Source: a virus
Virus record (IMG/VR): IMGVR_UViG_3300008108_000337
Location: 4,139 to 68,138 of that record
Length of the DNA: 64,000 bases
Reading direction: 5' to 3' (one strand)
Below are positions 55,088 to 63,830 of this stretch, in pieces. Numbering within the stretch: position 1 is the first letter of the stretch; each line of letters begins with the position of its first letter. A model generated the notes under the pieces. The model was not told the origin of the DNA and ran no database searches. It saw only the letters and a list, made by a program, of their open reading frames with translations. Both the position numbers and the translations under genes were made by a program.

Positions 55088-56223
55088 AATTCAATAAACT
55101 TTCCAGTTACACCAATTTCATCAGTAGATTCCAAAATATAACCTAAATCATTAATTGTAGTAATCAAATCGGTTGGATATGTTCCACCTTCTTGCAATGA
55201 ACCGGTGTTAAAATTAAAATAAATTTCATCAGTATTGTACGAACCGGTATAAGAATATTTTGTAGGTGGAATTAATACACCATTTATATAAATTCTAAAC
55301 CACTGGTCATTATCAAATGAACCGATTAATTCAGGTGGTAATTTTGGTAATTCAACATTAGTTAATTTAATTGTATCTGCATCTACAAAAGTTGCCTCTT
55401 GTGAACCACGAATAGACATAAAATCAATAATATCAGAGTATTCAGTATACAAACTTTGTTTACTTAAATTCATATTAGTACCTGTCAAATCAGTTTCTCC
55501 TGCCCAGACAATCTTTTTTGGAGAAATTTCTTTTCGTGTAGTCGATTCATTATCAAATTTTTCAGGTAAAAGATATGCATCTACTAACATAGTAAACGTT
55601 GTTCGAACAATTCGTTGTGTACCTTCACCAACATCAGTAGTATTATCAAATGAATCGATTTTTACTCTAAATTTAAACCCATTTTTATCTCCCCAGTATT
55701 CATCAGTTGCATATTGAAATGCCTCTACAATTTTATTCATGTGTTCGGTAAAATCAGTCCAAACATTTACTTCATAAGTAATAGTAACATAATCAGGTAT
55801 TGTTACATTATACATATCCACTGGTCTTCTTGCCGAAGTCATTTGTGAAAACCTATCGTATTTGTGTTTTTTAGAGTATTGTGATACCGCTGTATAAAAT
55901 AAATTACGATTCATGGAAATTGCACCTGACTCATCTCTCGCTACCGAATTTCTTTTAAAAACACAAATTGGAATTTGAACTTGACCATTTCTATCTCTTA
56001 AAAATCCATCTTTTTTTATGGCTTTCCATCTTTCAGGATTACCATATACAACAGGTACCTTTACCTTTTCACCCATTACCTCAACCGTAGGCATGACAGT
56101 ATCTATCATGTGTTCAGCAATTGCAGAATCAATATCATACAACTTAATACCTTTATGATTTTTTGGTTCGGTTTTAAGTTGTTCTTCTCTTTTGGGGATT
56201 CTTTTTAACGGGTCTATACTCAT
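55084..56223 (-). CDS. tail terminator / sheath stabiliser (gp15-like) with extra C-terminal domain
   Basis: KVPVVYGNPERW, PDYVTITYEV..WTD..EHMNKIVE and RIVRTTFTM..DAYLLP; position after the neck genes. Confidence 0.7.
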   Translation of the reverse strand: MSIDPLKRIPKREEQLKTEPKNHKGIKLYDIDSAIAEHMIDTVMPTVEVMGEKVKVPVVYGNPERWKAIKKDGFLRDRNGQVQIPICVFKRNSVARDESGAISMNRNLFYTAVSQYSKKHKYDRFSQMTSARRPVDMYNVTIPDYVTITYEVNVWTDFTEHMNKIVEAFQYATDEYWGDKNGFKFRVKIDSFDNTTDVGEGTQRIVRTTFTMLVDAYLLPEKFDNESTTRKEISPKKIVWAGETDLTGTNMNLSKQSLYTEYSDIIDFMSIRGSQEATFVDADTIKLTNVELPKLPPELIGSFDNDQWFRIYINGVLIPPTKYSYTGSYNTDEIYFNFNTGSLQEGGTYPTDLITTINDLGYILESTDEIGVTGKFIEL

Positions 56224-56780
56224 TAGTAAATTCTATCCTCTATTTGTACTTGTGTTCTTCTTACCATGTGACATGATGCAATTAAAAACATTCTAGCATC
56301 TTCAAACTCATTTGTTGTTTTATTAAAAACGGTTGGAGAACCACCGATTAATGCAGTTCTTCGTATATTATCAATTTCATAATAACTCTGGTCAAATAAA
56401 ATAACATCACCGATTTCAGGATACCCGAATTGTGAGTTTTGAATTGCACCTACTGGAATTAAAGTTCCATTAATGTCTCTTAATCGTGGTAAGGTTTCGG
56501 TTCGTAATCTCATTATATTAAATCTAAATTCTGCAGTTTGAACCCTATCTGCACCGGCTTCTCCTTCGTAATTAACTCCGGGTAATTCTCTATCTACAAT
56601 AGCCATTAAATTAGCAGGTGCATGCCAAACTTTACCCAACGATTCTCCATATAGATTAGTTTTAGTTTCACCAACTGATACTTTGAATAAAGTAATAGCC
56701 TGTTCCACTACATAATCAACCACTTCTTCAGCGATTGATTTAATAAAATCTAAATCTCTTGCGTTTAAAAACTTTGGCAT
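56223..56780 (-). CDS. head completion / neck protein (gp14-like)
   Basis: TNLYGES..K and YPEIGDVI.FD..YYEI; position between the neck and terminator genes. Confidence 0.68.
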   Translation of the reverse strand: MPKFLNARDLDFIKSIAEEVVDYVVEQAITLFKVSVGETKTNLYGESLGKVWHAPANLMAIVDRELPGVNYEGEAGADRVQTAEFRFNIMRLRTETLPRLRDINGTLIPVGAIQNSQFGYPEIGDVILFDQSYYEIDNIRRTALIGGSPTVFNKTTNEFEDARMFLIASCHMVRRTQVQIEDRIY

Positions 56781-56786
56781 ATTTTA

Positions 56787-57935
56787 TTATCCTATATAAA
56801 TAGCTAATGGTACTTTACCTATAATTTTTTGTTGCTGTTCAACTATTTCTGCCTCATTAGACATTCTTGTTTTTCTACTTACCTCTTCCAAGTTTTCTCT
56901 TAATTGAGTAACCAAATTATCTTTTTCAGTTTGTGCTTCTGCTCTTAAAGCTGCACCATCTAAAGAAACTTCGGAACCAGGAATTGGAACTGTATTATAT
57001 TTCTCTCTAATTGCACCCAACATTTCTTTTGCAAGTGCAAGAGTGTATTTTCTAATCCATTGTTTACCGACATCGTTAATTTGTGAGTAAGTTGCAAAAT
57101 TATACTCAATGTTAGAGTAATCAGACATTACATTATTTCTAACAACGGTTGCACCTTCTCTAAATTCAGTATCTACATAATACTCAAACCAAAGTTCGTA
57201 ATTTGAAGTTGGTAGTGGGAATATTTTTAATTTATTATTTACAATATTAAATGTATGTGCAGATTTTCTGAATTGGTCATTGAATTCAATCGCTTGAATT
57301 CTCAACATATCTTCATAAAGAGGCATCAAAATGAATTGTGCTGCAGGTGAGAATGAACCAAATCCAAATTCATCAATTAAGTTTAGTGTACCTTGACCTG
57401 ATACTGAATACGGATCAAAGAATCTATTAATTGCTGGAGTTGCTTCATAAAATACTCTAGTTACTGATATTCTTTCACCACCTTCAACTTCATCAGCAAA
57501 AGCTTGTAAATCATAATCTTGCACCCCCTCGAACATACTGATAGAACCTGATTTTATATCACTTCTACCACCAACACCTGCTTGGTTTCCATACGCTTGG
57601 GAAATTTCAATTACATTATTTAATTCTGAGCCATTTACTTGTTTTCCAGTATAATTTGTACCAGTTGGTCTACCTTGTAATGCTCCGAGATTATTTCGGA
57701 TATTAAATTGATTTACTTGAGCAGAATATTCAGAAACAGCCTCTTCGAATACAGCAAAAAAGTTTTCACCCTCTAATTCAATATCAATAATAGGATAGCC
57801 TAATCTTTTAGCACACCAAGATGCAACTTTTGGTGCTTCAGTTCTAAATTCAGAATCAGAATCATAAATACCAAATGGAGTTGATGAACCAGTGATGAAT
57901 GTGGCCGAGCCTGTCCAAATTCTTGCTTGAGACAT
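56787..57935 (-). CDS. neck protein (gp13-like)
   Basis: WCAKRLGYPIIDIEL and QWIRKYTLALAKEMLGAIREKY...PG.EVSLDG.AL. Confidence 0.85.
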   Translation of the reverse strand: MSQARIWTGSATFITGSSTPFGIYDSDSEFRTEAPKVASWCAKRLGYPIIDIELEGENFFAVFEEAVSEYSAQVNQFNIRNNLGALQGRPTGTNYTGKQVNGSELNNVIEISQAYGNQAGVGGRSDIKSGSISMFEGVQDYDLQAFADEVEGGERISVTRVFYEATPAINRFFDPYSVSGQGTLNLIDEFGFGSFSPAAQFILMPLYEDMLRIQAIEFNDQFRKSAHTFNIVNNKLKIFPLPTSNYELWFEYYVDTEFREGATVVRNNVMSDYSNIEYNFATYSQINDVGKQWIRKYTLALAKEMLGAIREKYNTVPIPGSEVSLDGAALRAEAQTEKDNLVTQLRENLEEVSRKTRMSNEAEIVEQQQKIIGKVPLAIYIG

Positions 57936-57983
57936 ATTTACTTTCCTCTTTTATACAATTATACACCTATAAATATAAACAAC

Positions 57984-58012
57984 AAAAAAAGGGAGTGAAA
58001 ATCACTCCCTTT
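57984..58012 (-). terminator. rho-independent terminator
   Basis: AAAGGGAGTGA-TTT-TCACTCCCTTT followed by a U-run. Confidence 0.85.
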
Positions 58013-58040
58013 GTAAAAGTACCAAGATAAAAAAATGGTA

Positions 58041-58394
58041 TTAGTTTAAGTATTTTAGTTTATATAGGGTTGAATAAATTAGAGATTCAACTTCTTGAAC
58101 CGTATTATCTATAAACGCATCTTTTATTGGTCTTGTTTTTTCAATTATTTTTAGGATTTTATTAAAATATTCAATTACTTGTTCTTTGGATTCGTATTGT
58201 TCAATCTTTGAGACATTTTTATATTTTAGAATACCATATTTACCTTGATATGACTCTGCAAGTCCATCGGCTATTCCACCAATTGATTCGTAATATCCAC
58301 CTAATGCATTATGTTCTGCAAAAGATTTGGTTTGTAAGTGGAAAATGTGAACTTGATTAACTGAATGTAATAATACTGATATTAAATCTTCCAT
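58041..58394 (-). CDS. ferritin/Dps-like four-helix protein (DUF5856-like)
   Basis: HIFHLQT.SFAEH.AL..YYE.I...AD.LAESYQGKYG...YKLKYL. Confidence 0.75.
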   Translation of the reverse strand: MEDLISVLLHSVNQVHIFHLQTKSFAEHNALGGYYESIGGIADGLAESYQGKYGILKYKNVSKIEQYESKEQVIEYFNKILKIIEKTRPIKDAFIDNTVQEVESLIYSTLYKLKYLN

Positions 58395-58448
58395 TTGGTA
58401 TATTCCTATTAATTTACTAATAAATATATACCAAAAATGTTTTACGAA

Positions 58449-58712
58449 TTATTCAACCCATTCCATAAACCCATAATCGATTGCATGGAGATAATCGGTG
58501 ATATTTAAATTATCAAATCCACCTTTTAATTCGGAATCTACTTCCAAGTGTCTATGTGCAAACTCCATTACTTCGTATAAAACACCATTATCATCTGAAT
58601 TACTTACTATATAATCAAAAGTTCTATGATACTCGGGATATTCATCTACCATCTTGTATTTAAATAACCAAAACCATTTATTGAGATTAGATTCTGCAAC
58701 TTCGTTTGTCAT
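58449..58712 (-). CDS. hypothetical protein
   Basis: 87-aa ORF. Confidence 0.7.
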   Translation of the reverse strand: MTNEVAESNLNKWFWLFKYKMVDEYPEYHRTFDYIVSNSDDNGVLYEVMEFAHRHLEVDSELKGGFDNLNITDYLHAIDYGFMEWVE

Positions 58713-58718
58713 TTTTGA

Positions 58719-58970
58719 TTAATTAAGATAAGAATACTGATTTGCTGCCACAATTACTTGGAGATTATTCATACATTGATTATCTGCTCGTGAAATGGCA
58801 CCCCACAAGTCATTATCTACTACTGATTGTACGAAACTACCTCCTTGAAGGCCTTGACCATCTCTAGTCATCATTACTGATGCGATGATATTAATGATAT
58901 GAGGATTAGTTACCTCATATTCTAAAGCAAACTCTTTTGCTGCTGATTGATATTGATTAACAATTTCCAT
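58719..58970 (-). CDS. hypothetical protein
   Basis: Likely start MEIVNQY at 58970; GGSFVQSVVDNDL.GA.SRAD motif. Confidence 0.7.
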   Translation of the reverse strand: MEIVNQYQSAAKEFALEYEVTNPHIINIIASVMMTRDGQGLQGGSFVQSVVDNDLWGAISRADNQCMNNLQVIVAANQYSYLN

Positions 58971-58974
58971 ATTT

Positions 58975-59205
58975 TTATTTAGTATAAAATTTATAAGAGT
59001 ATAAAGTACCACAATCATCATCGTCTAAGTCATCTTCTACGATTACTACTTGATTACCAACGATTTCTTGAAGTTTGGAATGATTAACTCGTTTCCAATA
59101 ACCAAATCGTAAAAAATTAGCATTAGAACCACCCACCACTTGGTCGATGTTGAATGAACCGAATTCGGATTCGATTTTTGAGAGAGTTTCGGGAGAAAAA
59201 TTCAT
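58975..59205 (-). CDS. hypothetical protein
   Basis: 76-aa ORF after a host-type promoter variant (TATATTTA at 59236-59243). Confidence 0.7.
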   Translation of the reverse strand: MNFSPETLSKIESEFGSFNIDQVVGGSNANFLRFGYWKRVNHSKLQEIVGNQVVIVEDDLDDDDCGTLYSYKFYTK

Positions 59206-59278
59206 AATGTTAAGGGTTTAAGGTTTAATATAAAGTAAATATACGAAAAAGATTTCATATATCCTACTGTTTTATCAA

Positions 59279-59494
59279 TTATTTCGAACAATTTTTGTAA
59301 TCTTCAATCAAAGAAAGTACGGTTTTAACCGAACCTTTGAAATATCCAACTTCAAAAGCAAGTTGAGAAGGAATTTCGGTAGAATAGTTCTTAGCCTCTG
59401 ATTCGGCTGAGGTAATTGTTGAAGAAAGGGTAGATTCAATTCCATTTACCAATTCAATAAGTTGAGATTTGGTGAGGGTTCGGTAATTATACAT
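59279..59494 (-). CDS. hypothetical protein
   Basis: 71-aa ORF. Confidence 0.7.
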   Translation of the reverse strand: MYNYRTLTKSQLIELVNGIESTLSSTITSAESEAKNYSTEIPSQLAFEVGYFKGSVKTVLSLIEDYKNCSK

Positions 59495-59533
59495 AACATT
59501 TAAGGGGTTTAGGGTTGAATTCTTATTACAATA

Positions 59534-59565
59534 CTAATTTACAAAAAAGTTTTCGTAATTCCAAA
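59534..59565 (-). promoter_or_regulatory. Bacteroidota-type promoter (variant)
   Basis: Minus strand TTTG-N20-TAAATTAG. Confidence 0.5.
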
Positions 59566-59622
59566 TGATATGTAAAAAATATTAAAAAATTTTCTAACTG
59601 ATTATCAATAAGTTAGGGACAT

Positions 59623-59652
59623 AAAAAAACCCCTACTATTGTAGAGGTTTTT
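59623..59652 (-). terminator. rho-independent terminator
   Basis: AAAAACCTCTAC-AATA-GTAGGGGTTTTTTT on the minus strand. Confidence 0.75.
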
Positions 59653-59659
59653 ATTTTAT

Positions 59660-60523
59660 TTATACACAAGAACCAGATGCTACAATTAATCCGTTACTAC
59701 CGGATACTTGATAGTATAATCCATCATTAACATTTCCAATAAATCCATCTGTTACAGGGTAATGTAATCTACTATCGGTAAATATACGATTTCCAACTTC
59801 AACATTTGTTCCAGTATATACATATAAACCAATAGTTTGGTTATTTGTCAATGCAGTACATGCTTCACCTGATGTTCCATAAATATCTGTTGTAGTTTTT
59901 GTTTCGGAATATGACTCTGCCTGAAGAGACCATCCTTTATTATCAACCATAGTTGCCAATGCAGGAATTCCTCTTTCTAAACTTGGAAGGGCATTATTTC
60001 CTCCCCCATCTTGTGAAAAATCTATATACCCATTAGAAACCGAACTACTTGCTAATTGTTGTAGAATATTATCCAATGCAGTTTGAGTAAGTGAACATGC
60101 CGCAAAGTTTAAATTGTTTCCATCACCCAATGGTTGTGTTGATGATATAATTACTTCTGTCAATTCCCCATTGCCATATAAATCAAATCCTTTTAATGCA
60201 GGAAGGTTAGATAAATTAAGTGAACCTGATATCCCACATTGGTCAGCATCAAAATATTGTAATGATGTACAAGATGATAGGTCAGGAAATCCTGCTGAAA
60301 AATCATTATCATCAATGTAGAGTGATTCCAATGCAGTACAACCTGTTACGTTCATTGATTTTACACCAGTACTGCCCAATTCATCACAATCACTAACATC
60401 TAAATAAGTTAAGTTAGTTAATCCTGATAAATCAATTGTTTCCAATGCGTTCCAATCTGCACGAAAATCTTGTAAGTTTGTCAGGTTTTGTAAGCCTGTT
60501 ATGGCTGTTATTTGTGCTCCCAT
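59660..60523 (-). CDS. leucine-rich-repeat protein (internalin-like LRRs)
   Basis: GLQNLTNLQDF, DLSGLTNLTYLDVS, CTALESLYIDDN and LSNLPALKGFDLYGN repeats. Confidence 0.8.
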   Translation of the reverse strand: MGAQITAITGLQNLTNLQDFRADWNALETIDLSGLTNLTYLDVSDCDELGSTGVKSMNVTGCTALESLYIDDNDFSAGFPDLSSCTSLQYFDADQCGISGSLNLSNLPALKGFDLYGNGELTEVIISSTQPLGDGNNLNFAACSLTQTALDNILQQLASSSVSNGYIDFSQDGGGNNALPSLERGIPALATMVDNKGWSLQAESYSETKTTTDIYGTSGEACTALTNNQTIGLYVYTGTNVEVGNRIFTDSRLHYPVTDGFIGNVNDGLYYQVSGSNGLIVASGSCV

Positions 60524-60536
60524 ATTATTTTAATTT

Positions 60537-60992
60537 TTAATCGTTACCTTGGAAATCAAGTTCAATAACTTTGGTTGGATCACTAAATTCAACTCTTGCC
60601 GTATATTCTATTCCTGTGCCAGATGGACTATATGTGTGATAGTATGTATCATTACCGTTAAGTGTCACTTCTTCGGTCTGCTCATCTCCCCAATTGATTG
60701 TAATAGTTATTTCTGAATTAGTAGTTATATCTATTTGAAAATTATCGTAATCAGTAGTATCCACCACAAATTCAATGTGATTTTCAACGATTTGTTCTAC
60801 TAAACGTCCACCTGCACCTGCAGCACTTGGTACATTTGGATACAACAATTGTTGTTGTTGCTGAATCATCATTACCTCGTGTATCAAATTTTGATTATAA
60901 ATTTCATACTCGATTAATTGTCTATTGAGAGGTAATGAAGCGATATGTGGTAAGTTGGAAAACTGATGCCACGAAAGTCCATCTATTATCAT
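60537..60992 (-). CDS. PKD/Ig-like domain protein
   Basis: ITINWGD......YHTY...G.EYTARV is a PKD-type signature. Confidence 0.68.
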   Translation of the reverse strand: MIIDGLSWHQFSNLPHIASLPLNRQLIEYEIYNQNLIHEVMMIQQQQQLLYPNVPSAAGAGGRLVEQIVENHIEFVVDTTDYDNFQIDITTNSEITITINWGDEQTEEVTLNGNDTYYHTYSPSGTGIEYTARVEFSDPTKVIELDFQGND

Positions 60993-61033
60993 AGTTTTTA
61001 ATTATTATTTATGTATAAATATCAAATAGAAAT

Positions 61034-61059
61034 AAAAAAGGGAGAACTTTCGTTCTCCC
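61034..61059 (-). terminator. rho-independent terminator after the major capsid gene
   Basis: GGGAGAAC-GAAA-GTTCTCCC (GNRA loop) followed by U6. Confidence 0.9.
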
Positions 61060-61091
61060 AATTTTTACTCATACTCTTTACTCTAATTAGA

Positions 61092-62708
61092 TTATACTAA
61101 AGCTAAATCTTTAACATAAATCTTGCCATAGAATTCAGGACGAACCATCTTCTTAGCGTAACGAGTCATCACACCTCTACGTGGAGTAAAGTTAGTTGGA
61201 TCGTACACTAAAGGTGTCATAATCAATGGAACATAAGGAGCATATACAGCACCAGTCTCAAGGAAGTTAGAACCTTTGAAACCTAACAAGATTTCGTTAG
61301 ATGTCATGTATGGGTTCTTGTAAACAGTGTATCTGTTTGCCATAGCACCTACTTGAGAAACACCAGCTGCAAATTGTAAAGCATCTTTATCAGCATTTAC
61401 AACGAATCCTGGGATTGATTCCAAGATAGTAGCAACGTCTGGAGATACAACTACGAAGTTTGCACCACCTCTAAGAGTTAATTGGTGAATCTTGTTAGAT
61501 ACTTTGTTCAACTTAGCACCCAAAGTTTGGAACCAAGTGTTCTTAGTGTAAGCTGCAGCGTTAGTTCCAGCTACCCAAGTAGAACCATTCCACTCTTCAC
61601 CCAAAGTTGCTGACCAGTATTCAGTAGTCAATGCGTTAGCCTTCAACATATCAAGGATTTCAAGGTCGATTTCCAAAGAGATGTATTCAGACAACATTGA
61701 AGTCAATTCAGCTTCAGCATCGATTGAGTGGTAAGCGTTCAAATCTTGAGCCAATTCAGGAGTCCATACTGCCTTCAACTTACGAGTCTTAGCAACGATG
61801 GCTTCAGAACGAAGTTCCAAATCAACTTCAGGAATACCTAAATCGGTAGCTGGTTCAGTTGGATTAGCATCTTCGAAATCACCTCTTGTGTTAGCAGTTG
61901 GCTGCTTAGCATAAGTGATAGCAATTGAAGAAGTAGCGTTAGTCAAAGAAGTTACTTTTGCAAAGAATACTGCAGAAGTTCCAGAGATATCCGAGTGAGC
62001 TGGATAGAATGTATCAGCTGCAGAGAATGCAGATGAAGAGATGTAGAATGCTTTAACACCTTCTAAATCAGCAGAAGTAAAAGAACCACCTTGAGGGATA
62101 GTAATTTTAGCCAAAGTAGAGTTAGCTACTGAAGATGACAAAGAAGCATCAAATCCAACTTCTAACCAAGATGCAGTTGCAACAGTGTAAGAACCAGAAG
62201 CGATAGTTGCAGCGGATTCGTTGATAGTATAAGCGAATCTACCATCACCATAAAGACCGTTTACAGCAGCTTTAGTTCTACCGAAATCACTATTGAATGT
62301 AGAGATACCGTTACCACCGAACAATGACTTACCATTGAATGAAGGGTTACCGTTTACGGCAGTACCATATTTAAAGTCTAGATAGAAAATTAGACCAGAA
62401 GGAAGGTTCATTGGTTGAACTGAAACGAATTCTTTCGCTGCAATTTCACCAAAGATTCTTCTTACCAATGGAAGGGCTACACCACTCCATTCTTCAGAAC
62501 CTGCGGAGGTTCCGGTAGCAGTTGCTTCGTCAAGCAATTGTTTTGCTTGGTTTTCCAACAATACTGCGATTTGAGATTGCTCTCTGCTTTTTAAACCTTC
62601 AAGAAGACCAGTTTTAGCCCATTTGTTTTGTAATTGACGTGTTTCAGCCAACATTACCTGCTGTGGGTTTTTGCCTTCCATTAGTTTAGATAAATCAAAA
62701 TTTGCCAT
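61092..62708 (-). CDS. major capsid protein (T4 gp23-like)
   Basis: VSVQPMNLPSGLIFYL, AKTRKLKAVWTPELAQDLNAYH, GAVYAPYVPL and FTPRRGVMTRYA. Confidence 0.97.
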   Translation of the reverse strand: MANFDLSKLMEGKNPQQVMLAETRQLQNKWAKTGLLEGLKSREQSQIAVLLENQAKQLLDEATATGTSAGSEEWSGVALPLVRRIFGEIAAKEFVSVQPMNLPSGLIFYLDFKYGTAVNGNPSFNGKSLFGGNGISTFNSDFGRTKAAVNGLYGDGRFAYTINESAATIASGSYTVATASWLEVGFDASLSSSVANSTLAKITIPQGGSFTSADLEGVKAFYISSSAFSAADTFYPAHSDISGTSAVFFAKVTSLTNATSSIAITYAKQPTANTRGDFEDANPTEPATDLGIPEVDLELRSEAIVAKTRKLKAVWTPELAQDLNAYHSIDAEAELTSMLSEYISLEIDLEILDMLKANALTTEYWSATLGEEWNGSTWVAGTNAAAYTKNTWFQTLGAKLNKVSNKIHQLTLRGGANFVVVSPDVATILESIPGFVVNADKDALQFAAGVSQVGAMANRYTVYKNPYMTSNEILLGFKGSNFLETGAVYAPYVPLIMTPLVYDPTNFTPRRGVMTRYAKKMVRPEFYGKIYVKDLALV

Positions 62709-62732
62709 TTTATTTTTTCTCCTAATGTTTTG

Positions 62733-63830
62733 TTATTTAATATTTGCTAATTGTTTGAATCTTTCAGCTAATCCATTACTTTCTGCAATAATTTGTTTTT
62801 TAGGTGCAGTAGAAGCAGTTGGTTTAGATGCAAATGATTCGGTTAATTTGGTTTGTTTTACTTTTTTAGATGTACCACTCATTTTAAGTGATTCAGCTAA
62901 AGTAGAGAATACTAATTTTACTTCTCTAACATTACCAGTTCTGTCTAATGTTTCAACAACTTTGTGTTTTTGTTCGTTTGTTAAATCATAAGCACGGAAT
63001 AATTTGTTAGTGAAAAGTAATTTTGCATTCAACAAGTTTACTTCGTTAATAGTCTTCTTCAATGATTTGATTACGCTATAAGCTTCTTCTAATTCAGCTT
63101 CTTTTTCTTCCTTGTAGGCTTCGAATTTTTCTTCTTCTTCACCTTCTTCTTCAGAAACTTCTTCATCATCTCCGTATCCCATTTCTCTGAGGATTTCATC
63201 AAGATCTAATTCTTCTGAATTCATTTCGTCTTCAGACCCAATTTCTTCCTCTTCTTCTTCATACACGTCTTCCTCTTCTTCAGCTACTGGAGCTTCTTCT
63301 TCAGAATCTTCTTCGTGCATTTCGTCTTCACCATCTTCTTCTTCAAGTTCACCTTCAAGTTCTCTGATGATTGCTTCTAAATCCATCTCATCTTCGAGTT
63401 CTTCCTCTTCTTCGAGTTCTTCCTCTTCTTCGATGTAAGATGGTTCTTCACCTGGTACTTCTTCGTCTTCACCTTCTGAAACGACATCGACATTATCGTC
63501 TTCTTCGCCTACACTTGAGGTTTCAACATCAGTATCAGGGTTTGTTTTTGCTAAACCTGATGAGCTATTAGCTGAATCTGCTGGTTTTTTGTTTTCACCA
63601 CCACCGATATTAGATGCGTTTGTAGTTGGAGCTTCACTTCCATCTGAATACTCTTCGTTTACATCTGCTTCTTCCTCGTCTTCCATTTCTTGTTGGAGTC
63701 TCTTGGATAATACAGCTTGTAATTTTGGAGCAAATGCTTCTTCTAAGGCGATTTTGGCGTTTGCAATAGCAGTTTCTCTAACGGCTTTAGCATCAGCAAT
63801 AGCTTCTTTCAATAATTTTGAATTTGCCAT
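62733..63830 (-). CDS. prohead core scaffolding protein (gp22-like)
   Basis: Extremely acidic central region; NEVNLLNAKLLF; ends RFKQLANIK; immediately upstream of the capsid gene. Confidence 0.82.
   Translation of the reverse strand: MANSKLLKEAIADAKAVRETAIANAKIALEEAFAPKLQAVLSKRLQQEMEDEEEADVNEEYSDGSEAPTTNASNIGGGENKKPADSANSSSGLAKTNPDTDVETSSVGEEDDNVDVVSEGEDEEVPGEEPSYIEEEEELEEEEELEDEMDLEAIIRELEGELEEEDGEDEMHEEDSEEEAPVAEEEEDVYEEEEEEIGSEDEMNSEELDLDEILREMGYGDDEEVSEEEGEEEEKFEAYKEEKEAELEEAYSVIKSLKKTINEVNLLNAKLLFTNKLFRAYDLTNEQKHKVVETLDRTGNVREVKLVFSTLAESLKMSGTSKKVKQTKLTESFASKPTASTAPKKQIIAESNGLAERFKQLANIK

Noticed and set aside
4562-59021. Longest-ORF starts at 4972, 17028 and 59021
   Set aside because: Each overlaps an upstream gene; internal ATGs at 4936, 16983 and 58970 fit the gene packing better.
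63100-63480. GAA-rich repeats, including an 18-bp tandem near 63390-63430
   Set aside because: Explained by the poly-Glu region of the scaffold protein.
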